Assembly (NCBI RefSeq): GCF_964204645.1
Contig: NC_134031.1
Location: 14,557,807-14,621,806, forward strand
From: Tubulanus polymorphus
Taxonomy: Eukaryota; Animalia; Nemertea
Direction of reading: 5' to 3'
DNA length: 64,000 nucleotides
Made by a program: the position numbers and the translations under genes. Under the pieces are notes generated by a model, which saw only the letters and a list, made by a program, of their open reading frames with translations, ran no database searches and was not told the DNA's origin. Numbering within the stretch: position 1 is the first letter of the stretch; each line of letters begins with the position of its first letter. Positions 49,799 to 62,000 of this stretch are shown here, piece after piece.

Positions 49799-52700
49799 AT
49801 GCCTCCGAAAAAGAAGAGCGGTAAGAAGAAGAAAAAGAGCGGAAAGAAATCTGCCAAGTCGACGACCTCGGCCCCACCCGCCGAGACCCTGTCTGAACTC
49901 GGCAAAGAGTTTTATCTGATACAAATCAGAGATTTAGAAAACAGATTGGCAAGGTGAGTAAAAAAGTCTTCATTTTACATCACTGGATTTTCTAAACTCT
50001 GAATTATAGATGTAAGTCCAAAGTTGAAATCCAAACAGTCAATGAGGTTGACAGGCCTCAACTCTTCAGAAGGTTAGATTTAAGACCGGGCTAACTAACA
50101 CTCATGTAAGCCAAGACCAGTCTTAAGATTTAAGGCCACTTTGGTTGGGTGAAGACATAACTGTAACTGGGCTATTCTGTTTGGTTGAATCAGGGAGGTG
50201 GGAGTCACTTCCGCCTCCCTGGATGAATAGAGGCTAATCTAGAAGACCTATATGAATTATTATCAAATATTTTTGTTTTAATTCGTTGTCAGATATCAAC
50301 GGAAATGCGATGAATTGGAAATCGGCAATTCTAAATTCAAAGAGCAATACGACCAGATGGGTCAGGATAAAAAAGAGATCGTGTCGTTCCTGAAGAAATC
50401 GTTGGAACAACGAGGCGATGAGATCGCCGATTTAAACGATCGTTTAATCGGGCTGCAACAAGCGAAAGACGCGGAGAAAGAGATGTACGAACAACAGTTA
50501 CAGCAGTTGAGAACAGAATTCCAGGAAACAAAAGATCAATTGACATCAGAAAATATGATTCTTGGTAAGATTCTTGTTTTTTGGCTTTACGTCGCATGGA
50601 TCTTGGTTTCCCAAGACTAAACCCTATTGGATTGTTTATTTTTACCTCATGACGGGACGGCCTTTGAAGTGTTGCCCGCACACTGTTAGCAGCCAGCAGG
50701 AATCAAACCCTCTTGTCACTCACATAACCAAAGTCAATTGGTTTAATGTTTTTGAGAAGAATTTGAAATTTCTTTTTTTAGGAAAATCTATAATTGCAAT
50801 TTATCTTAGCCACCTGTAAACTTTTACTTAGCCTAATATTGATTACCTTGGTCTGGTTTTATAGACTGATATTACCTTTAACCCGGGGGCTAACTCAATT
50901 GATAATGAATGAGTTAGCCCCCAGGCTAAAAGTAGTACCAGCCTATAAAACTGGCCTGAGTCCAAATGTTTTAAACTACAATTTCATCAGTTCACATTCA
51001 TCTTATACAGTTGCAAAGCGCACTGATTACAATTTGTGGGATGTATTTGCTATATAAGAAAATAGATTACCAGATATCATCACTATTAAGATTATTAGCG
51101 GCCTATAATAACAGTAACAGTATTTATTTCACCAAAAGAGTAGTTACATGCGTAGAATAATTATAGTTTAACACATATGGAAAAGTCACTTGGTGTCAGA
51201 CATCTGGCCAAAAACCGCTCTAGTGACTATGGCGGACCTAGGATAGGATACAGTTCAATAAGTTATTAATTCTAATTTTACGAAAAGCAACTATCGATGA
51301 TTAAAATAACAATGACCAAAAATAGTCTAGAAATAAAGACTGAAATATAATGAGGTATCAAATTTGCCGCTAGGAATAAGCTACTTATTGCTAAGGAATA
51401 AAAACATCCATGTCTATGAAACAGAAATTTCCCTTGTACTAAATTCGATCCCTGGGATTAGTGATTTGATACCAGGGAATACCCTTATTCCATGTCTATG
51501 AAACTGGCCCCTGGTAAATAATGCTTGAGAATCAACACGATTTTCTGTTCTGTTTGCTCAGGTGGAAAATTGGCCTCGTTGGAAGAGTTTAAAGTGCAAA
51601 AGGAAGATTTGATGGCGAAATTCGCTCAGATGGAAGAACAATTAAAACGACAAGAGGAAGAACATAAAGAAGTGATTTATAATCTCGAGCGGAAACAAGT
51701 CGTCGATAAAGACAGGTATTTTACACTAAAAACAGCTAGTTCTTTTCCCACACTTTATTAATCTGATTATGGAACTGCTTTCTGGTTCAACCAAATTGGC
51801 AACAGATTTAGATCCTTTTAGCCTGAGTATACAAGACATTTTGGTTTCGTGACTTTCATGGCAAAATGAATGAGCTCCAGCAATTATTAGGACAAAAAAT
51901 TTGAGTTTCATTTTCATGAAACTGAACCCTATTGTTGATTTCAAATATCTCGTAATTTTAGGTTAGGCCTAAATACCGTAGACGTATCCAAGGGGAAGGG
52001 TAGGGGGTGTGCACCCCCTTTCAAAGTGTCACGTTGACCAGAAATTTTAGGGCAAAATGAAATGTAAAAACTGATATCTAAAAAAGTATAAATTCATGAA
52101 CTTGTTCCCTGTATAACCATTAATGAGTTAATGTTTTCCGAGGAGCTTTCTTTGGGGTGCCCTTTAAGTTAAATAATATGCCCTATTTTGCCGGTGCACC
52201 CCTCCCTGTTTTTTGTCTAGATCCACCCTGAAAAAGATTTAAATCCGGGCCTTGATATTGAGGCTTTGTCGTTAAGAAAAACCTTCTTTTGATGGTCAAA
52301 ATCTTTGGGAAATCGTCTAAAACAATTAACAAATCCGTTGTGTCTAAGAGAGGAATTGTTCTAATTGATTTATTGTGTTTGTGATGAACAGATTGAAGAA
52401 GGAAATGGTGATGAGAGTGAATCAGGTGGCCGCCGAATTCAGAAAAGTATCCAACAAACAAATGGCCGAAACGACGAAGCGTACGATCCGCGAAAACGTG
52501 TCGATCAACGCGCAACTGACAAAAATGTCCGACAAAACGATGGAACTAATTCAGGAAAACGACGAAATACGCGAAAAAGACAAAAAAGAACGCCAACAAA
52601 TCGAAATGCTCGAAGCAAACGAGAAAGAGCTGGCGAAAAAGAATCACAGCAATCAGAAAATCATTCGAATGTTGACGGAGAAGTGTAAGAATCAGGAGGC

Positions 52701-55700
52701 GATGTTAGCGGAATACGAGCTGCGCGAGCAAGAATATCAGGAGTTAGACACAGAGGCGGAGTTACTACGACAACAAGTAGATTCTACCAGGTACAACGCG
52801 CTTTAGATATTAATGATGATAATGAATTTATAGCATGACAACCCTCAATACTCTCATTGAGACTCTGATCGGGAATCGATCTAGAAAATGGAAAATCCGA
52901 CATTCCGAATAAAGGAATCAGAAATGCTTTATTGAGCTAGTTTATTTCAATATTTGGACTATATATTCTGGTAATCATCTTCAGGAATACTGGGAATTAT
53001 AGTTTTCCTGAAGATGGCTATTAGGATATAGTAGAAAGTTCAAGGAAACATTTTGGGACTCTTTTTGTCTCATAGTGCAGGGATTTTATATTATCTCTAC
53101 AAGTACTCCGAGCGTTTTATCAATGTTTAATCACGAATTGCCCTGAAAATGGTTTCCTTTTGAAAAATGATTATTTCGTCTTTCTTGTTGTAGAGATGAA
53201 ATTCAACTGTTAGCGAAAGAGAACGAACAATTAGAAGGTGATTACAAATCAACGCGATCGAAATTGCACGGTGAACAAAAAAGCAAACGCAAAGTGGAGA
53301 AAATTCTCTCGGATTTGTCGGCCGCTCTGAAAAACTCTTTACAGGTAAATATATCAACTAATAACTTGAATTGATGTTTAGATCTCAGTGTAGAGTTAAC
53401 AAATAAGAACCAGCAGTAGATATATAGAAAAGTTTATTATTAGTTTTGGGGTAACTTCAATCTGATCCTCAGTGAGAATTAAGCAAAAAAATATCAGCAT
53501 CCGGATTCAGGATTTATGCGCTGAGGAGGTGACCAACACACCCATGCGCTCAACAAGAAAGGCATCCACTGGACGAGTGTTCAGCTAGTATTCTATATAT
53601 ACTTCTTCTGAGTATATCAACTAATGATCAGACTGGGTGGAGGAGGGGGCATTTCAGAAAATTTGAGACTAACGGATTTTTTGTGTTGATTTTTAGACGA
53701 CCCCCGTTGAGGATCAGATCGAACACGAGGAAGCTGAAAAACGTGATAATCTATTGGAGAATATGTTGATAATACTGAATAGCGCGGCAGCTCTCGGTAT
53801 CGGTCCGACACCCGGGGAGTTCCACGAGATACGACAACGACGCAGCGCTAGTTCCGTACCGGGCAGCGGTAAAGGATTACGCAAGGGGTAAGTCAACGAT
53901 CGCGAGTTCGCCAATCCTGGGGCTAAGACTTAAGACTCGTCCAAGAGACCGTCTATAGCCGATCGTACAACTTAAGACCAGTCTAAACTCATTTTGGTTC
54001 TATAACCAATCTTACAACTTGAGACCAGTCTAAGCTCATTTTAGTTCTATAACCAATCTAACAACTTGAGACCAGTCTAAGCTCATTTTGGTTCTATAGC
54101 CAATCTAACAACTTGAGACCAGTCTAAGCTCATTTTGATTCTTTAACCAATCTTACAACGTGCATCCTACCTTGACAGGGATTCGAAATTGATGGCATCG
54201 CTACACTCAGCCACGGCATGAACCCCTGCCACACTAGACTGAGTGCCAAGTACATGTGCAGCTTAGCCACACGAAAACTTGCGGCACCAATCAGATTGCT
54301 CGTTGTATAATCACTGAGGAAAATATCAAGGAAGAACTATAGATGGGAAAACCCTGGCTAAAACAAAACAGGATTTCTGATTAGTTAATAATGACATCAT
54401 CTAAGCTGCGCGTGGAGCTGCGCACTCGGTCTAGTGTGGCATGGTTTTGTACCGTGGCAATCTCGATGCCATCAGGTTCGAATCCCTACCGGGGGAGGAT
54501 GACAACTTGAGACTAGTCTAAACTCATTTTGGTTCTATTGCCAATCTAACAACTTTAGACCAGTCTTGAGATTTATGACTACTTTTGGACTTAAGCCACG
54601 ACTCTGAAACCGGGCCCTGAGCTAGACCCAAATATTTTGTTATATTTCCCTAGCCACCATAAGTTAGAGACCGCATTCTTTTTGTTCCACAAGTATCACT
54701 AACACCAGCAATGAGTCTCTCAACAATACTCACAGCTGAAAAGCTGTAAATGTTAATAAATTAGGGACTTAAATTGTTACAAAATAGGCCTACTGCAATT
54801 ATTGAACTGGATTCTGCTTTTCAAATTTTGAGAGGCATTATACATACAGATTCAGTTGCGCAGTCGCGATTTAAAAGTCTAAAAATGATCTTAAATCATG
54901 AAACTGATCTTAATACTAAAGAAATTATACCTTGTTTCTTCTAATTGGCCGGGTCACTTCAGAAAACTGCAATGAAATTTGTAATTTAGTTCATTTCTAT
55001 AAGTGCCTGGTCATTGGTTATTGTTAACCTGATCATGATTTCAAAACGAGTAGTGTACTGGGTAGATAGGCGGCTGATCAACTTTTAAGCTCAGCAAAAA
55101 TGAGAAACGAGGTATCAATTCTATGAACAAACTATGGAGCAAAAACCTAAATGAGCTTCAACTGGAAATGACTCTAGAAAAGTTTTTTAATTGCTGAAAT
55201 AATGTTTCGATACTTTATTACAGAGAACAGCCGCTATCTCCGATCTGTCGTACTCCACGCGGCACGGAGCCTCACTATCAACTCGGCGATCTCGGTTTGA
55301 TCCCTCGTCCCAACGATCGAATTCCCACCAGTATCGATAAAGTTCAAAAATCGGTCGCCGGGCAACATCTAGGGTCGTTGAAACGGGTTTTAACGAAATC
55401 TGTCGCAATTCAGACGGTCAGCTCACCGAAGGTTAGTCGAAAACTCCTCCAATCAAGCATGTTCACGAAAAAGAATTGATATCAAATTTTTGAAATGCAG
55501 TCTACTCTTGATTATCCGCCAACAAGAATTGGACAAGGTTGATTTTGGATAATCAAGTTTGGCAAATAGGCCTAACTGAATTCAACTCGATAGAAAAAAA
55601 ATTGATTAGTCAAATAATGTAAGTTTACGGATCAAGTGCATAATTCAAACCTATAATTCCCTGTGTATTAATAGTAAGTGAAACAACAAACAAATAGGGC

Positions 55701-56669
55701 TGTACATTAGATTTTGTTTGAAAAATAATTCATTGGCGGATAATTGCGGAAATATACTATGGGAAAAACACTTATGGAATTAAGATGCCGTGGCCGATGG
55801 CGGTAAGCTAATTTGGCAAATAATCGAACATGAATTACGTTAGGGAAATCTGTACATGGGCATTTTACCGCGGATAGCGAGAATGGCGGTTAGTTGGAGG
55901 GCAGATAATTGAGGGTAGACTGTACTTGAAGTAGTTCTTACATATTCAGTGAATATTCACTGCCGCTCATTGCGTCGTATTTGTGACGTTAATTATATTG
56001 ACGACTTAAGCTTGGTAAATTGAATTGGAATAACAAATTCAGTCATGTGAATGATGATTTAACTGAGTTTGATTGCAGCTACTTGTGTTTGTACTGTATG
56101 AAAGACTCAACCATTTAAAGCTGAAACTGGACTAAACTGGAGACCCAGTTCCTGATGACTGTGGATCGCTGGGTCCAATTCAACAGTTCAAAAAGACTGA
56201 TTGTACTGACAGGGTCCAATCTAAGCACTTGTCCGATTGCCCGGGACAAGTATATTCTCATTAGGGCAAGTAGATTATCACTTGTCCACCACGCTAGTGT
56301 AATTTTATGTCTCATAGCTTTTTTCCAACTCGATACAATGGTTGATTGTGCCGCCAGTCGGACTGCCTGTGTAGGGCAAGTAGATTATTGAGGGCGCTAG
56401 TAAAATTTCAGATATGCTTGCTCCTGGGCTTTCATTCCTTAGATTGGACCCTGCTGTATATTGAATATATTTGAATGTTTCAGGCTCTAATCTACCGGTA
56501 ATATATAAATCTGATTGTAATGTTTCAGGCTTTGTTCTACGCTGATATGTTGTTGAGTAAAGCGCCGCTGAAAACGCAAACTGCAATCATCCACGAGCTC
56601 CATCAGACTCAACCGCGCAGTAGCAAGATGGCCGGCAAGAAACATTTATATGGAAAACTACTCACATAA
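49799..56669 (+). CDS. CFAP157: Cilia- and flagella-associated protein 157 (about 556 aa coiled-coil protein, complete)
   Basis: Exons 49799-49953 (MPPKKKSGKK..KEFYLIQIRDLENRLAR), 50293-50564 (YQRKCDEL..KDQLTSENMIL), 51562-51715 (GGKLASLEEF..YNLERKQVVDKDR), 52392-52790 (LKKEMVMRVNQVAAEFRKVS..ETTKRTIREN), 53194-53344, 53697-53887, 55224-55431, 56529-56669. The 1671 nt are in frame; AATAAA at 57128-57133. The last exon is less certain than the rest. Confidence 0.92.
52921..53100. mobile_element. Inverted plus direct family-1 hammerhead-bearing halves (degenerate) in CFAP157 intron 4
   Basis: Minus gtattcCTGAAGAtgattacc..gtccaaatattgaaata (52990 to 52940) abutting plus gttttcCTGAAGAtggctattaggatatagtaGAAAgtt (53002-53040). 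Confidence 0.65.
54163..54501. mobile_element. hAT-like MITE nested in the reversed 47-bp array
   Basis: Long imperfect TIRs CATCCT..AGGGATTCGAA..TGATGGCATCG / CGATGCCATCA..TTCGAATCCCT..AGGATG; 8-bp flanks ACAACGTG / ACAACTTG. Confidence 0.8.
55498..55922. mobile_element. pogo/Tigger-like MITE
   Basis: CAGTCTACTCTTGATTATC...GATAATTGAGGGTAGACTG-TA. Confidence 0.7.
56210..56453. mobile_element. CAGGG-terminal MITE
   Basis: Perfect 16-bp TIR CAGGGTCCAATCTAAG / CTTAGATTGGACCCTG. Confidence 0.8.
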
Positions 56670-57499
56670 ACCCGATATGCAGGAGTGTGATTCACCAACA
56701 GCAGACAGTTTAAAATATATGAATTGTTTCACAAAAATGTTTTCAATCAGGAATGATAGACATATTTCTAGAGACTGATATTTCAAAGATGCAGGATCTA
56801 CAGTATCACAGGTTTCAGTTTAATTAAAGAGAGGTTCTCATGAACTGACGACTGTTGTATTGGTGTCTGCAAATCTCTCATAAACTTTCTTTTAAATCAT
56901 ATGAATTTATAGTTGATTTAGTAAGTACTTATTGAAATGGTGCTCATTTCTTTAAAATTCCGTCCATGTAGAAAAGATAAAACTGTTTATCTAAAATTCT
57001 AAAATCAATGTTTTCGATGAAAAATATTTTCTGTAAGCGTCCACAGATTTAAATTGTTTACTGTATGTTTTAGAGATGAGTTGTTAAAGATGTTTTGTAT
57101 TTATTAAAATGAATGATTTTAAAATCGAATAAATCTCACAAAAACTGAAAACTAATTCGTTGATTGTATCTTCCCATTCTCTACAGAACAGCAGTTGCTC
57201 TTAAGATACAGGTTTATCTGAAAAGTTTTGTCTCACCATTTGTATTTGTGATACTCAGTGTTGATAAACAAAAGCCAAGCACTAACTTGTCCTAGTACAT
57301 GAGTAATGCAAGTGAAATGTATTGGTTCCAGAGAGACACAAGGAAAGCGCAAACTACCGTACTGTGTTTATTCTACTACAATCTATGTGGATACAGTAAT
57401 GACAATTGGAATTGTGCGTTTCTATCATGTTGCGATGTATCATCTTACATGGATAGGCGAAAAGGTAAGGAAGTCGGAAAAATGATTTAGTTTTTGTCC

Positions 57500-57840
57500 C
57501 CATAGTTCCCACAGTTACATGAATTAAAAACTCCCAAGTATTTCATACGTGATTTTTCAATTTTCCCAAATGGAAAATCGGGCCTTCATATGAACAGATA
57601 TTATCATACTACAGTCAACACTTTAGTGGTGACCCACTGATGAATGCAATTTTCAAGAAAAATTGCTGGAGAAAATTGCCCTTGGCCGATGCAATATGTG
57701 AAATGTACCAGGTAAATGAATTACCCAAATATTTCCCTGATTAGAGCAAAATCTCTGAAATTCCCAAATATTTCCACACTGGGAATATTACTTTAAAATC
57801 ATCAAGTTTTTCCCAATTTTCCTGTACTGTAGGAACCATG
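57500..57840. mobile_element. CATGGTTCC-terminal non-autonomous element
   Basis: catagttcccacagt...actgtaggaaccatg; homologous copies at about 8240-8478 and 20769-21085. Confidence 0.7.
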
Positions 57841-58884
57841 TGTTCCGAGTTACAAGTAAATTATCAGAATTATGCATGTCCCAAAGCGAGGTTTACTGTA
57901 TTCATCCCCGGCATGAACAGTCGACTATAATTGACTTCCAGCTCCTCTACTGCTCCGCACTGCTCAGTGCAGCATGTCCTCTGGCCTGACACAGCTCTGT
58001 TTAACAGAAATTTATCTTCGGAACAAGACAGCTAAGATAAAATATGCAAGATTAGTAAATTCTATTCATCACAGAAATTACGTTTATTCAGCAGTAACTA
58101 CATGTATTTAGATACGTATAAAAATCTGTACATTTTAGAGAAAACGAAGTAGAAACATGTAAGAAATATCACAGTCAAAATATAATTCACAAACAGCAGA
58201 AAAATATCAAAACAGATAAATAACAATAATCTAAACGCTTTGATCACAGCAACAACTTCTAAACATTCATAACTATTGAGCTTTATGATTAACTCTGTCA
58301 ATTCCACAGTTTGAGTTGAATATTCAAAGTTAACAATTCAAAAAGATCTTCTCATAACTGATTCTTTCTAAGGCAAGATTTTAACAGAAATAGACAAACT
58401 CTAACCTTTCATTTGAAACAAGATTGAACTCTGATTCTATGGTTGAGGTCGAACTGACGCCAATTCCAACTAATAGTGTAAACTTTGAGATTGAAATCTG
58501 GTCATTAAAACAGTTCCTTTTCCAAGGCTAAAAACTGTTGATAGCTTGTTTCTCCTTTCTGCTGAGCATAAAAGTTGACCAGGCCAGCCACCTATCTACC
58601 CTGTACATTACTATTTTTTATAAATCACGATCAAGCTAACAATAAACAGACCTGGCAGGGACTTCATAGAAATGAACTGATTACAACCTCTATCACAGTT
58701 TCAAATTGCCCCGACTGAGGAGAAACAAGGTATCCTTTTTTTCAGTCTTATAAATGCAAGGCTACAAAGCGGCTGTTTTTTTAGCATTATTTCTATCCCC
58801 AAGTACATAGAGAAAGCGTCATATCTATAAACAATAACAATAAACAATCAATTTTATAAATTAGAAAAATCTTCGGAAATCGAA

Positions 58885-59040
58885 GGGGTCATTCATTTAT
58901 TACGTATGCATTAGGGAAGGGAGAGGGTTAAGTAAGTGCAATTGCGTACTATAATGCATAATGTATATAAAAATTTGCCGATTTTGCGTACAGTAGGGGA
59001 GGGGATTGATTTTTTGCGTATGTAACAGATGAATGATCCC
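58885..59040. mobile_element. Harbinger-like MITE, copy 2
   Basis: GGGGTCATTCATTTATTACGTA...GAATGATCCC, colinear with 37220-37388. Confidence 0.8.
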
Positions 59041-59071
59041 GACGTTAAAATCATCAGCAGCAGTTCGAGTT

Positions 59072-62000
59072 CTATCCGTGAACGACGTACGGCAGGTATA
59101 GTTTCTGATTATGATGTTTATGATGTAAGTGTATATTATTGAGCCGATGTTGTAATATGTAATGAGAATGATCTCGTCTTTCCTCCGTCTGCTTTAGCGT
59201 TAATTCTACTCTTCGATCGACAGGAGTTCTCGTCTGCGACGGTGCCACCTGGCGATCGCCTGATTTCACTTTCACTTTGCGGTTTCCGGGCGGCAATGAC
59301 GGTTTCGGTTTAACGCTTTCTTTCAAACTTTCTTCGGCCTGAAAATTATTCAAAATTCAAGTATCTTTAAACATTGGGACAATTTACTAACCAACTTGTA
59401 CTCAGTTACTCAGTGGGGAGAGGGCTGCAAGGAGAGACTGTAGGGAGGGGCTGTGAGGAGAGGGCTGCGAGAAGGCTGTGGGGAGGGGGCTGTGGGGAGG
59501 GGTGGGGAGAGGGCTGCAAGGAGAGACTGTAGGGATGGGGCTGTGAGGAGAGGGCTGCGAGAAGGCTGTGGGGAGGGGGGCTGTGGGGAGGGGAGTTATT
59601 TACCTGTCCATGCAGTGATTTCTCGTGCCAAGTTTTCGCTTGCTGCAAATGTTTCGTAAATTCTCGGCTCAAATGAGTTTTCCTGAAACGGCATAAAATA
59701 CGAGTTCTGAAATCCTTACTTATTCCCGGGAGATACATACTCATTTGTTTATTCTTTTTACCCGTGAGCGAGTTTCATTTTCTCGTTCATTTCGCCTTGA
59801 ATTTCGATTGCAGACAACCACGGAGTCGACGTCCTCAACTAAAGAAACAAACGTTTCAAAATCATCAGTTACAACAGAGACATCCTATGAATCTAAGAGT
59901 GTGAAACAGATGTTTTTGAGAAAGGTTGATCGATTTTGATACCTGATGTTTTCGCAGTATTAAAGGCATCAAAGTTGGTAAACGTTGCGCATCATCAACA
60001 CTGCTTAATACCTACAATACATACAATACTCAGACAATACCCATACAATACTCAGAGAATACTCATACAATACTCAGACAATACTCCTACAATACTCAGA
60101 GAATACCGGTATGAACGTTTTATCTTTAATATCTTAAAATTCGAACTGGAATATTCTAGAACTGTGAACTCTTGTTGACTTGTGGTATATTTGGGCAGTG
60201 CAATGCCATGAATTATAAGCAATAGTGAACTTTCAATTCTAGGCATTTTAGATTCAAGCTAGTGTAATATCTAAGCTGTGTGATAACTTACATTATTTAT
60301 CTAGTTTTAATGAACCGTTAATTTGTAGTATGTTTTAAACCAAATAGTATATACTATAGTTTGTATACTCATGATATCCTTACGATGTTCCACAATAATA
60401 AATTGGATATATGTATCAATAATATGAATTAATTGACATCCTTTCATGAAATCAGGCACACAGTCGAAACAAGTACGAAACCGGATAATCTATTATGTAT
60501 TACCAGCTAAGCTGCACTATTTTACTAATGGCTGATTCATTGCTTGATCAGGTTTAATACGCAATAACTGATTAACATGATGAACCCTCGAAGTTTGTAA
60601 ATCCCTGGACAAGTCTCCAACAATGGTTGGCAAACAAACTACGTATGCATGCAAGACCTCTACACAATTGTTACAATATTTTGATATGCAGAATAAACTC
60701 TGTCCTAATAAAAGGATAAAGTCAGGACAGGCGAGAAATATTGAGTATTCAATACCTTTGCATCTCTTTGTGTTCCCAACATGTTTACGTCAAGTTTATG
60801 CATCAAAACGGGACTTTTATAGCAAGAAGTAGACAATATCAACTGCAGAACACCGTTCAATAACAACCTGACAAATATAAATCAAAAACTCTCATTCAGA
60901 AACGAAACCTCTCGAAATGTAAAACCTCCACGAGGTAATGGGTATATAGGTTACCTGTTAGCAGGAGTGCTGTTAAATGTAACAATTTGCCCGATTGGTT
61001 GAAATCCGATTGTCGTCAAGAGCAATTTGATTTTCACGTCCTGCCACAAACTTTTCACGGATAAATCCGATAATTTCAGTTGAATGTCAGACGCGTGTTT
61101 AGTGATACACAACTGAAACATACATTATATCTCGAGGTAATCGGACTGAATCAGTTCAGTCTGATTATTCCAAGATTATCATACAACTACCGAATTATTC
61201 ACATAGTTCCACTCAGTCAACATATTTGATTTAAAACTGTAAAACTGGATCCAGAACTGGATACAGAACTGTGGAAGTAAATCCAGAAGTGGAATGGGTC
61301 CAGAACTGTGGAACTGGGTACAGACTGTGGAACTAAATCCAGAAGTGGAATGGATCCAGAACTGTGGAACTGGGTCCTGACTGTGGAACTGGATACAGAG
61401 CTGTGGGACTTGGTCCAGACTGTGGAACTGGATACAGAGCTGTGGGACTTGGTCCAGAACTGTGGAACTGGATACAAAACTATGGAACTGGGTCCACACT
61501 GTGTAACTGGATACAGAACTGTGAGACTGGGTAAAGAACTGTGGAACTGGATTTAAAACTGTGGAACTGGATACAGAACTGTGAGACTTGGTCCAGATCT
61601 ATGGAAATGGATACAGAACTGTGGAACTAGATCCAGAACTGTGGAACTGGGTCCAATGGATACAGAACTGTGGAACTGGGTCCACACTGTGGAACTGGAA
61701 ACTGAAGCGATAGTGAGTATTCGAGATATAGTTACCATGTCAACCATGTAAGATATTGTTTCCTGATTGGCTGGTAGAATGTCAACTAAAGCCTGTATCA
61801 ATCCAGGGTTATTTATCAAATCTACAAAAGAATAAACAAACCTCAGACAAAAAGGTTTGTGGCCACACCCTGCTTTATTTACTTTACAAGAACGACCCCT
61901 AGAATTGTAACATTCATATTTACCATGAGTAGCTCTGAGCGCGTCATACGCAGGAACCAATAACTCCTCGTAATCCCAGTGAGGAAACACTATAAACAGT

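Noticed and set aside
59839-59886. Acceptor at 59885 for the CHAT gene
   Set aside because: Leads to an early stop; the acceptor at 59839 keeps frame with downstream exons.
61179-61735. Ser/Val- and Trp-rich ORFs and extension of the 205-aa ORF
   Set aside because: Read-through into the 20-bp minisatellite beyond the donor at 61735.
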